Shown here: positions 1 through 12,200 of the stretch, in pieces | Layout of the letters: each line of letters opens with the position of its first letter | How positions within the stretch are numbered: the first letter of the stretch is position 1 | Assembly (NCBI GenBank): GCA_002633005.1 | Contig: NMRA01000318.1 | Coordinates: forward strand, 145,620-209,619 | Length of the DNA stretch: 64,000 nt | Reading direction: 5' to 3' | DNA from: Phoronis australis | Taxonomy: Eukaryota; Animalia; Phoronida | The notes under the pieces: model-generated | The model's database searches: none | What the model was told of the DNA's origin: nothing | What the model saw: the letters and a program-made list of their open reading frames with translations, nothing else | Program-made: the position numbers and the translations under genes

Positions 1-519
1 ATAATTCACAATCATACCATGAACCAGATTCACACTCAAAAATAAGGGTTCTCTAAATTGGGCCGTTTCGACTTAAACTTTTCCTAGTATAAGAACACGA
101 CCCTTGATATTGACGCCCATTTCCCCCAGAAGAATACTAAACAATAACAAAAACTTCCCCGCACCAAGCCCAAAAAATTCCCCAACAATGATTGAAAATT
201 CCTGTTTAGGTTAGAATCATTTTAAACTCACACAGACCCTTGGATTCCGAAAGTTTGTTAACTACAAAAATCCTTACATCACAGTAATGCCAGAGAATCT
301 TGATTAATTTATTACAATTGCAGGGGTGATCACATTGCATCGACAATAGAGCATTTTTAAGTGGGGAATGTAACAGTGACAATAAAAAATAAACCCACTT
401 TGTGGTTGAACCACCCACTGGGAATTCATAGAATTTGCTGGTAAATATGGCCACTCTAAAACAAGAGCAACATGGAGTATTGAAATGCGCCCACGAATGC
501 ACCGCAAACAGTGTGCTTC

Positions 520-1540
520 TAGAGTTGTTTATTTGTTTCATAAAAATAGCCACTAGATAGCACAAAAACGTCCAGTCCATCTGAAAATGGGAACATGCTA
601 TCGCTTCTTTAATAGAAAGCTATTTACCAAATTTCATAAAAATAAGAACATACATGCCAATTTCCACAATCATCCTTAGAGTCGTTTGGTTGAAAGACGG
701 GTGGACGACATAAAACAAGACTAAGAAATAGTAAAAAAATTACCACTAGGTGGCACAAACTACGTCAAATCCATCTGAAAATGGAAGGATAGTGTCATCT
801 TACTAATAGATGCTTATATGCCAATTTTTTTGAAAATACGTTTGACCTTTGAAGATACAGAGGTAAACGTAAAAACTAAAATTGCCACTAAGGAGCACAC
901 CGGTAGTCAGATTCATCCGAAAGTCATCGTCATCCATTGTAAACATCATGTAAACACACTTGCAAAATTTAGCAACAGCCCTGCCAACAGTTTAGGAGAT
1001 ACAGCCATGGGCGCGAACAAAACTGCCACTAGGAGGTGCCACAGTATTCGAAATCACCGGAAAATCATCGTCAGTCGTCCTCTTCTTAGTAAGAACTTGG
1101 TTACATGCCAATTTTCACAATCATCCTTAGAGCGGTTTGGTTGATACAGGGGTGAACACCGAAAAAACAGATTCGAAAACAGTAAAACCAGCCACTTGGT
1201 GGTGCAAACTACGTTGAATCCATCTGAAAACAAGAGGATAGCGTCATCTGACTAATAGATGCCTATATGCCAAATTTTAAGAAAATACGTCGAAGACCTT
1301 TGAAGATAAAGAGGTAAGTGTACAAAACTAAAATTACCACTAGGGAGCACACCGGTAGTCAGATCCACCCAAAAGTTCGCTCATGCCGTCTCGCCCATAA
1401 AAGGAACATCTGTGCAGAATTTCATGAACATACATCAAAGGCCTTTGGAGATAGAGCAGGGGACACCAGACGGGCGAACGCTAAACGGACACAGATGGCG
1501 GCATGATGTGTCCACATATAAAAATGTGGGCGCGTAAAAA
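520..1540 (+). repeat. Degenerate tandem array of ~140-190-bp units in a repeat element ending in an A-run
   Basis: Recurring aaaa..ccactagRtggcac..tccatctgaaaat.. units at ~550, 743, 885, 1026, 1192, 1337; 735-920 closely resembles 1185-1375. Confidence 0.75.
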
Positions 1541-2531
1541 AGGGGAGGACTGAAGACACCCATGCACCTACAGTGTAGCACAGAAAGACATTAACGAGTG
1601 TGCTGGGTTCACAACTCACATGGTCTGCTGGGTGGTCTGTTCAAAGTAGTATAGTACATGTGTAAGGTGGTGCCTTAAAAGAAGCACAAAGCGTACTTTT
1701 GCAGACTTGTACCAGTGCCCCAGGAGGGCAGACTTGTTGATGACAGCGACTAGGAAAGAAATTGGTGGCAACTGTGAGGGAATTTTCCATCACTCAAAAA
1801 ATACCCTTAGAAGGCACATGCACCTTTCCCCTCATGTGACCAAGGACCCTGGTGACATGCCTCAACAAAACACTTCCTTCTATTGGCATTATATTATGAC
1901 GCAGATTTGCACATCATACCTTCGGACATAAAATGTCTATTTCCACCATCTTCAAACTTGTTGAGTTTACTGCGCTGTCGAAGTCGCTGATTTGCTCCAC
2001 CACAGCTTTTCTGACCTCTTTTGCTTTTCCCCATCAAGAGTGAATTAATTTCTACGGCAAAAACAAACAAAAAAGTTGGTCAAGACCATGTCTCGAAAAA
2101 CTTATCTCAAAAATAAACAAATATGGGTGTGTGAAAGGATACCTGAGTGAGTACAGATATTTCAATAGTTGTAATTGCAAGCTCCAAAGTTGAAAGCAGA
2201 ATACTGGACAGTCCCACACTAAGCAGTTGAAGTAGGTACTCTCACTATCACATGTGAAGAACAGAANACGTAGTGGGAAGATTGTGAACCTCGCCAAAGA
2301 AGCTGGTTACCACGTGTATGTCCACAGATTGCAAAACTCGCCAGATTTCTGGCGCGTATTTATGCCTGTGTAATGGTGTACGCATTTGGTCCTAACAATG
2401 AGTTCGAAATAAGCTCCCACGGCCGCCTGGGACACGAGTCAAACAGCAGTTTCTGATTTTGATAAGAACCAGGCAATCCATCATCAAATGACAAACCAGG
2501 CAGTGACCACCGTCTCTATATAGCTGCATCA

Positions 2532-3103
2532 CTCAGTAGAGACAGTGCTTAATGCACCGGAAGCTTTTTGGCAAATTATACCTCACACCAACTATTAAAA
2601 CACATCAAAGGCACATTCTTATAACTACCTTTAGCACGTAGAGAGACACTTTAGGAAGTTAGGAGGCTGTCGATGCACTTAATCCCGTCCAACTCGACGA
2701 AATACTCCCGTTATCAAACTTTTTCTTCGAGCAGTCCCTAATCATAGATTGTTCAGCTCTCACAAAATCGGTAACTGGCCATTTTTACAATTGTGCACAC
2801 CAGGGAGTATGACGTCATAACCCTTGCCGCACGGAGAATTAAAAATGGCCAGTTTCTGATTCTGAAAACTGAACGAAGGACTGCTCGAAGACAAAATTTG
2901 ATAACGGGTATATTTCGTCGAGGTGGAAGGAATTAGATTATAAATACATCGACAGCCTCCTAACTTGAAGGTGTCTCTCTACGCACAAAAGGTATTTATA
3001 ACAAAGTGACTTTGATGTTTTAGTTGGTGTGAGGCATATTTCAGAGAAAAGATTCTGGCGTATGAAGCTCCTATAAGCTACACCGTCTCTAGACTCTACT
3101 GAG
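2532..3103. mobile_element. Foldback/MITE with ~250-bp imperfect inverted arms (family A)
   Basis: cctcacaccaacta..gagagacac..ttaggaggctgtcgatg..cttcgagcagtcc..actggccattttt is mirrored by aaaaatggccagt..ggactgctcgaag..catcgacagcctcctaa..gtgtctctc..tagttggtgtgagg. Confidence 0.85.
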
Positions 3104-4912
3104 CCAACTAATAAATAACAAACTAGAGACAGCTGATGAGAGAGAGTAGCAAATGAAAGCCGTTCTCTCCATCAGGGACCTTATGTTCGACTACTGTCGA
3201 CATCTTAAGTTAGAAAAAATTAGTTTGAAATAGGAACCAGTACTGGAAGGTTTAAATGAAGCAGGAGAAATTTTCTAAAGCTCTGCAGAAAGTCATGTCA
3301 AAGTCTTCTTGTACGTAATGTGATATAAGGGCGCAGCCATCTTGTTTAGGCAGTTTCGTCCTCTGGCGGCGGACTAGACAACTAAGCTAGAGTCTGAACT
3401 GGCCCCGGACAAATGCCGATAGCTCGTTGCCCGGGGCTGTTAATACCCGAGTTTAAATCTGAGTGACTACAGTAATTATCCGCTTATTTTGTAAACAAAT
3501 AATCGGTAAAATTCCAATTTTCCGTTTTTTCAAGACCGATTACTTTACTCCTAATAATGGTAACTGAATGTTGACCTGTAGGCCTAATTGTGAAATAAAT
3601 GATAATGGAACAAAACAAGGTTACATGTAGACGTTTTTTATACATCGTCAAACCTGATGTCAACTGAATCACTGGATAAAGATCATCGGGTTCATTTTTG
3701 ATACTGATCACGTAATACATCCAGAAAACAACTTGTTTTCATTTGAAAGACCTCAGATTCGACTTTTATAACAATTTAAAGCTGATTTCTTGTTCAATGA
3801 AATTTGTAACCTATGCTCATCATTTCCAAAATCGACATTTTTCAAGACAATTTTCACTAAATGTAAAGTTGAGGGAAGATATTTTTGCTGAGTAATCAAG
3901 ATTGACTCTAGCTGTAATTTAAAAAAGTTACCTAAAGGTGACAACTTAGGTCAGTGCAATATGGTAGTAAGAGGGGTCACAAAAACGGCCACTAAAATTG
4001 TCTAGGGAAAGTGATCTGTGGATTATCTCCCTACTGTAGCACAAAGACGTCAAATTTGATCAAATGCCAAATAATTATTTTCAGTATACATTGGTTATTC
4101 GGCCAGCCACCAAAAGTACAACTTTTAACACTTATAATATTTATTCGTAATTGAAAACATGCAATTTATATGATTAACTGCTGTCTAGTGCTCCAGATTT
4201 ATTGATCATTGGATGCACAAAATGTGGCATTTAAATTTTTGTTATGGTACCTATCCTTGTACAATAAATGAAGTTGTTTTGAAGTTGACGTATAGACTGA
4301 TTCAAATCTTCAGCCGGGTTTTTATATAGACTACCTCTTACTTTGGCAATCATGACCGGGGCCTCGTACGGCACTGGCTACGTTCTCCTTAGTCAGTTAG
4401 TGGACTGTTAAAACCAAGAAATTTTCAAAACTGGTTGCGATCTCATTAGTACCAGCGGGTCCGAACTTACAGTCAGACGAAGACATCATCATCTCTGAAA
4501 GTCAACCGTTTTCTTCGCCTTCGAACTAAAGTTATTTTGGTGATAATATTTCATACAAAACACATCTTCAAGATGTTGAATGACGCTTGGAAATGTCGGT
4601 TAGCCGCATATCACTGAGGCGCGTTGTATTACGTGAGCTTATCACTAGATGAACACGCTGAACTACAGTGAAAAATTGGTTTGCCAACTTTCTCCCCTTG
4701 CTATCGCTGTCAAACTGATGACGACAGGGCTGCGTGTAGTATCCCGATTAGCCGATCAGTGAAATCGGGATTCGGGATCATCCCGGCACCACAGAGCGGG
4801 TGCACGGATTCGGGACCCGAATACCTGGAGCAATTGGATTCTAACTAGCTCTTGTAGGAGCTTTTTGGTCTTCTTTTTTTATCCCAACACCGATGTAAAA
4901 CAAAAACGTTTT

Positions 4913-5912
4913 ACGTAGCCTACTACACACAGATTTTATCACCGACTTTTCATCTACGCGATATTGAAGTGTAGGCTACTCCCAAGTCGCATTGCGCCGG
5001 CTCCGTAGCTCGGGACTAGGCCCGTTACCGATCGCAACGGTTCGAGCTCGGACAAGATCTATAAAACTCACATTCGCCCTTATTCAGATTTTTGTTCCTT
5101 ATTAATTATTCGGAAGTGGAACGTGGTTTCCGTGCTTGCAAAGAACTTGCACGGTTCGTATCCGGCGGTCTGCCGGTGTAGCATAAATAATGGCCCCGTG
5201 AAAAATGACATAATACTGAAAAATCCCCGAGTAGTTATTTCACGGGGTCTAAAATTAAACGATTCCTTAACTAACTTGCCGCGGCTGGGGTAGTCTACGG
5301 GGACCCGACGTGCACAGGAACTTAAAGGGAAGTCTGCGTTCTTTGCATTTTAACCGTAATTATTGTAGACCTACTGTAAAAAATTACCAATGAATTATAT
5401 TTTAAAGTAGNACGTAGCCTAGCTACTACACTGACACAGATTTTATCACCGACTTTTAATTCCACGCGATATTGAAGCGTAGGCTACTCCCAAGTCGCAG
5501 CGCGCCGACTCCGTAGCTCGGGACTAGGCCCGTTATCGATCGCAACGGTTCGAGCTCGGACAAGATCTATAAAACTCACATTCGCCCTTATTCAGATTTT
5601 TGTTCCTTATGAATACTTTTATTCGGAAGTGGAACGTGGTTTCCGTGCTTGCAAAGAACTTGCACGGTTCGTATCCGGCGGTCTGCCGGTGTAGCATAAA
5701 TAATGGCCCCGTGAAAAATGACATAATACTGAAAAATCCCCGAGTAGTTATTTCACGGGGTCTAAAATTAAACGATTCCTTAACTTGCTGGGGTCGGATC
5801 CGGGGACCCGCCGTGCACAGGAACTTAAAGGGAAGTCTGCGTTCTTTGCATTTTAACCGTAATTATTGTAGACCTACTGTAAAAAATTACCAATGAATTA
5901 TATTTTAAAGTA
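4913..5912 (+). repeat. ~500-bp near-identical tandem duplication separated by a single n (probably two haplotypes)
   Basis: 4913-5410 and 5412-5912 align end to end with a few SNPs and indels; n at 5411. Confidence 0.9.
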
Positions 5913-6171
5913 GTTCGCATTAAATTTAGACCCCATTAAAAAGCCACCTGGGTCTAGTCAACAAAATGACCCACCGCGGCGGAGTCATTTTTTTCACGGT
6001 GCAATTATTTAATGCTACCGGCCTCATGCAGTGACTAGTCCGACTGGTTCCGATACTAGTTCCATGACCAAACTCAAGTCTATGGAGGGATAGCCCCCTA
6101 TAAACTGTATGGTGTGAAGTTCTTGAGCAAAACATCTTAGTGAAGACAGCCCCTGCCGTAAGGCTTTTGAC

Positions 6172-6222
6172 CACGTGACGTCATAAACCAGGAAACGGAC
6201 CGAGTTTGAAGCAATATGGCGG
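6172..6222 (+). promoter_or_regulatory. ADAP1 proximal promoter: overlapping E-box/CRE (CACGTGACGTCA) and YY1-like AATATGGCGG at the start codon
   Basis: Motifs seen within ~45 bp of the ATG; function inferred. Confidence 0.5.
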
Positions 6223-6294
6223 AAAATCACAAGAGGGTCCTCTTGGAGCTCATGTCAAAAGAGGGAAATAATGTCTGCGCAGACTGCGGAGCGG
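6216..6294 (+). CDS. ADAP1: ADAP1 exon 1 (MAENHKRVLLELMSKEGNNVCADCGA)
   Basis: ATG 6216 in caatATGG context; first CxxC of the ArfGAP zinc finger; donor GT at 6295, phase 1. Confidence 0.93.
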
Positions 6295-9200
6295 GTATTT
6301 TAATCTTTGTCTAAGATATGTTGTAACGATTTTCACTTGTCGTCAGGATTGTTGTGATAATTGCGTTTGGTTTGCCTAGTTATTATAAATTATCGTCACG
6401 TCAGTTTGTCTGCTTCAGATTTTATAGTGTAAAGTCAAAGACAGTCAGCAAAGCTCAACGAAAGTCCTTAAGGAAATAATTAGTCTCTGAAACTGAAACT
6501 GAAACTGGTACACGGCTATTGAAGCTGGCAACATGACCAAATGCGCCTCTAGAATCCATTCCCGCGATTCTGCAACAGGTGTCATAACGCGAAATGTTCG
6601 TGGTAGAATCTCTGGATTACGTACAGGGACTATAAAAATTTGACACATTTTTATCAGCGATTTCAGTAGTTCACTATTCACTTGGCCTGTGGGGGCAATA
6701 GGCTAAACATGGTAATTACGCCTGGTCTGGCAATGGAACTTAACGCGATCAGCTAAATATGTATTACGTGAAATCGCTTGTAATCGGCCGGCAAATAAAA
6801 GCTTGTGGTTTACTGAGGAGTTTTCACCAACCCGGAAATAAGGGGTGGTTTTTCGGGTCAGTCTATCACAACCAAAACTCGAGTTGGTCCTTAGTCAATA
6901 CTCAGCTCTTAATTCTACACTTTCAAATTTTTTTAGACTTAAAACCCCATTTAGGGTCAACTGGTTTACCGACTATGAAGTTCCTTTAATTACCTTGCTG
7001 TTTCTAAAGAAGTGAAATAGTGAAGGATCAAGTTTGAAGTGAAGATGAAGTACACCCCTTCTATGGACAGTGCCACTGTCTTGGCTGGCTGTAGGGACGG
7101 TGAAACTCCTATAGGAGCTTCATTCGCAGGAAGCTTTTCAGCGAATCATGCCGCAAACTGATTAAAACATCAAAGTCACGTTGTACCTTTTGCTTATACA
7201 GGAACACGTTAGGAGGCGGTTGATGTCTTTAATTCTTTCCAAGTGATGTCATATCTCCTTGTGCAAGCAGCATATCTCCTTGTGCAAGCAGTGTTATAAA
7301 TGGCCAGTTGCCGATTTGGGCAACTGAATGAAGGATTGCTCGAAAAAAGTTTGCTTACTGGAGTATTTGTTCGAGTTGGAAGGAATTAAAGACAAGTGTG
7401 ACCTCCTAAGATTTTCTTCTATGTAAGGAGCTTCACCGTCCTTACTGGCAGTCAAGATAGTGGCACTGTCTTAACCCCTTCTTATTAAGTGCTTAATTTT
7501 CGACTTCAGATTGTGCTTGGTGACCTGAAAAAAATCCCATGTCGCCATGAAGTCTCCACAATGAGTATTAAAGTACGACAATATAATTACCCCGAAATTC
7601 GGTTCAACATTTCTGGTGGCTTCTAAATTTTGAATTACTAACAGTTTTCCTTGATTTAATAAGTTTTGTTCACAGTTGTTCTGTTTATTTCATGAAATCA
7701 GTGCATTTTTTACCTCAGCAGTCAGCACACATCAAGCACACACTTAAATTACAACAGGAATAAACAGACGGAAGTTGGAATTGTCCGGTAAAATTCTAGC
7801 AAGATTGGTAAATCACACGCCTCCAGTGTATGCGATGGTCTGCGTTCTATTCTTGGCGATCTCAGATTTCATATGGGGGCCTAGATTTTTTGCCAAATTC
7901 CACTTGCCATCTCTCAAATTGTAGGTATAAATCGGTGACGGTGTATACCAAACTACTCGCGTCATATCCCCTGGTGAAAGCAGGGTAAAAGTGGCCATTT
8001 GCGAGTTTGAGCAACTGAAAGAAGGACTGATCCAAAAAAGTTTGGTTATAGGAGTATTTGTTTGAGTTGGAAGGAATTAATGACACCAAAGGCCTCCTAA
8101 GGTGTCCCTCTTTCCAGCTCGAACAAATACTTCCGTAGTCAAACTTTTTCGATTAGTCCTTTGTTCAGTTGCCCGTATTGGCGACTGGTTGTTTTTTACA
8201 CTGCTTGCTGCAGGTTATCGCCCCTTGGTTATGTCCCTGATGACTAATTTTTGGTCAATCAAATTTCACCTATGGCTACATCATGCTAGCCTTGTGAGTT
8301 TACATTTTTACTTTTCATAGAGGTATGGGACAGAGAGGCAATATTTTGTAAATCGTTGGATCATTACCTTGTTTTGCAGCTGTGAATAATAAGTGTGAGC
8401 TGTGTCAGTACTCTCAGTATTCAAGTCTTAACTGAAATGACATGTGAACAACTTGTGTAAATTCAGGCGGGATAGGCGAACTATCGTGACTTGGCATAGT
8501 TTTCAATTACCATTAAGTTTTTGTTTCAGTTTCTTAAATATCACCACATCAGAAATTGGCTTCAAAGGAGTAGGCTCAAGGTTAACAATGGCCTTAAATT
8601 ATGATACAAGAAGTTACATACACGACAGGCAAACCTTCTCAGACCACTAGCAACACATTTTATAAATAGACATCCATACCACATCATGAACAGAAAACTT
8701 CTTTGATTGTCTGGCAGTTGCAACAACATTTGTTACATTCACATATTGTCTTCAACTTAGTCTCTGCTTAATGACAGCAGCTTTTAAATACTGAGTTGAC
8801 GTAAAAGCAGGGTTGGTGAGATGCAGTCCCAGTGCACGATTTACATTATAAAGCATATAGAAAAGTCCTAGTCTATGCCATAAAAAGGCATTTGAGTACA
8901 TGGTGATATATGCACCTGGTGCAGCCAGCCACTTCAAGCAAACGATGACAACCGATTTTAAGTAAAATTCACACTATGTATTGGAATTACCAATTAAAGT
9001 TACAAAACTTATAACAATATTGATTGAATGCTGATGAGTTTGAAATTTATCCTAATCGTGGAATCGTTCCATTCCATAAGGATGTCATCAGATCTCGTGG
9101 TGAACTGACATTCTTAGTATTTTCATCCAGTGTTTGAAATCTTTTTAGAATTTTCTTACAACAGCTTCTTATTTAAAACGACTTATTCTTATTAAAATGA

Positions 9201-12200
9201 CATAGGCAAGAATTGAATTTCAGGCCTCAAAAGTGGTGCCTCGCCAAAAGGTGGTCGAAAAGCGGAGCATTTATATTAATACAGGTAGACCCGCCGAGAG
9301 GCGGTCGAAAACCGGGGCCCTCTATATTAATATAATACCCGTTCTTGTAAATTTTGTTTTCAGATCTGAACAAAGATGCAGACAAGTGGGCAGCTTACAA
9401 CTTGGGCATATTCATCTGTACCAAGTGTGCGGGAGTCCATAGGAGTCTAGGTGCCCACATCAGTAAAGTGAAGTCGGTAACACTCGACAAGTGGGACGAT
9501 GACCAAGTAAAGGCAAGTATCAGGCCTTGAACATTTGAACTCAGGCAGGGCTGCTTTCAGTGTGGCTAATATAGTTTGTCAATACTGCGTATTAAGTTCA
9601 AACTACTAAAATGAAGCTCTCATGCGAGTTTTGCTGGTGATGCAACAACCTCGCTAAGGAAAACTAGAAAAGCGACCTCTGTGAATTGGACAGCTGCATC
9701 AGAATGTTGAATTGTGGTAGAAAATTCACTATTAGCATTGCATTAGCCAGAGATTCCATGCCTAAAGTGTCTGATGACTGTAGGCCCCTTTGGAATGCAG
9801 CCCATTTGAACCTGTGTTCGCTCGTTATTTGTGCAAACATGGCATTGAGTAGTGCTTGGAAAGCCAGGACACGTGTTTGCAAAACTGAGCTTTTTCTGCT
9901 CAGGATTTTGTGCAAACTAAAGATTACGTAATAATTGTCCAAGTCATGGAAAAATGACTTATAGTCTGAAAGTGTAAGAAATATGTGACTATATTAAAGA
10001 GATGTGGATTACCGCAATGAAAGATTCAGACACAAACTCACACTACACAATTTGAGGGATGTTTGGATATTCCCAAGTAGAAACTGCAATATGGTTTGAA
10101 AATGAATTTAATCTTTTACTGGACATGTCTTGTTAGACCTGTACCCGATAGCGACAGTGTCCCAAAGCCTTTCCACAAATTTCTGTCACCTTAGTGTGTG
10201 TGTTTTCACCCATCCCAGCTGATTTTGTCAAAATCATCTGGTTTGTTGTTTGTATGCACTACTGTTTGTATGTGCCAAGTATTTTTTGAAACCTTTTTAG
10301 AAAGGGGCACCAATTAATTTTCATCAACCTAAGCTTTGGTTAAAACTGTGAAACTTGACAACCCTCAAAACAAATCCTGATCCAACAGTTCTTATCATGC
10401 TAGTGTCACCATTGCTGTGGACAAGACAATTCCCATTGTAAAAATGAAAATGGCCACCTGAAGTTACATGTCTTGATTGCAAAGTCCATGCTGTCCGAGG
10501 TTTGCATAAGTGAATACTGAAGTAATAGCCATTTACAGAGTTCCCCTTTAAGTGACTATTACTACCCGTGTAACTGGATCACTCTCTGCTCTGTTTCAGA
10601 TGATGGAGTCTGTAGGGAACACACGTGCTAAGGTCAAGTATGAAAGCTTGGTGCCCGTCTGCTACAAGAGACCCAATGCTTCCAGTGTTCAGTAAGACAT
10701 TTATTGTAATTGTATTTAGTCCTTCAGCTCTTAAGTATATCAATCATCCAACATTACACTGCTCTTAAGCAGCTATCGTGTTGAATACATTTTCGGAACA
10801 TCATTAATTTATGATTGTTTAAAACCTCATACTGCTGCTGTTGTCATAACATATCCGTCTTCAATCTGGAGGAAATCAGGTTTACATGGCAACTTTCTCT
10901 GAACCTAATCTACAGAAAACCTCTTTGGGTAGTCCTGACATTGCAAATGTGGCAAATCTCATCTGATTGGGTTTCATGATACTGCTGACCCATTACAAAT
11001 ATCTCTCGTTCCAGACAGACGTGGTTGCCAAATCCAGGTTTTAAATCTACCCTTTTTAAGCATTCTTGTAAACAGTTGTTTTTGTTGATCTTCATGACTT
11101 GTACATCAAGCTTTAAGAGTTACTTCACCCACTCTGTTACTGCTGAGAAATTTTAATAATGTAGTAAGTGCTCCGCTCAACACAAAGGGATTAGATCAAC
11201 GTCTGTGATATTGTGGTTTGATTGCGCTTGTGGTTCTCGTACAAAATAATCTAATGATAAAATGATAAAGGCTAGTAAGTTTCTGACGACAACATATCAG
11301 TTGCGAGCAGACATCCCCATTACTGGCACAATTCCATCTGCCTAATTGAGTTCAACAATAAACAGAATTTCTCCTACAGTATTTTCCTAAATGTGGATGT
11401 TCAAGTCATAACTTATTCTTGCTTAAAGCCATGCACATCACCGTCTTGAAAACATTGTTATGATGTGGAAGCCTTTTTGTTTATTTTGTAATGCGTTGTG
11501 CTCATATTTTTTGTAAACCAAGAAGTGGCTTAATGATTTATTCTACTTGCATTTTTATTCGATCCTATAATTGCTGCAAATGGCTCTAAAAACGTGGTGT
11601 TATAGCAACGGTAAACGGTTTCTAAAATGCCTAATGTGTTCTATTACAAGTTATGTGGTTGACGTGATTATTTTTAGGGTTGTGCGCGAGCAGTGGATTC
11701 GAGCAAAGTATGATCGCTGTGAGTTTATGGACCCCAACAAGCAGAGTTACCTGACGGGCGAGAAGGAGGGAAACCTCTGGAAGAAGGGTAAGGACGACAA
11801 CAAATTCCAGAGTCGGCGGTTCGTTCTGTCCATGAAAGAGAACAAGCTAGAGTACTTCGTTAAAAATGTGAGTCAGTGACTTGTTTGTTGAATTCTTTAA
11901 AGATACATTATCAGTCTTTCAGTGGGATAGACTTCTTGACTAGTTTAAGAGCAGCTATAATTTTATTTCTTGCTGCTCATTAAAAATTGTATTCATGTGT
12001 GCGCGCGCGTGTTGGTGCGTGTGCAAGGCTTGGAATTTTCCATGGAAACGCGGATTTCCGCTTTTTCCTCTTATTCCCTCCACGTACTTTTGTTATATTT
12101 CCGTGGAAAAAATCGGATTCGCCATAAAATTATTGCGGCAAATTGGTTTCTCACCGTAGCGTTGCCAATGACTCGAAAAGTGGAAACTGCTCTTTATGTT

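Noticed and set aside
206-1506. ORFs 206-580, 818-1144 and 1318-1506 with a repeated TxEHTGSQIHPKV peptide
   Set aside because: The peptide repeat only reflects the underlying DNA tandem repeat; no domain or splice support.
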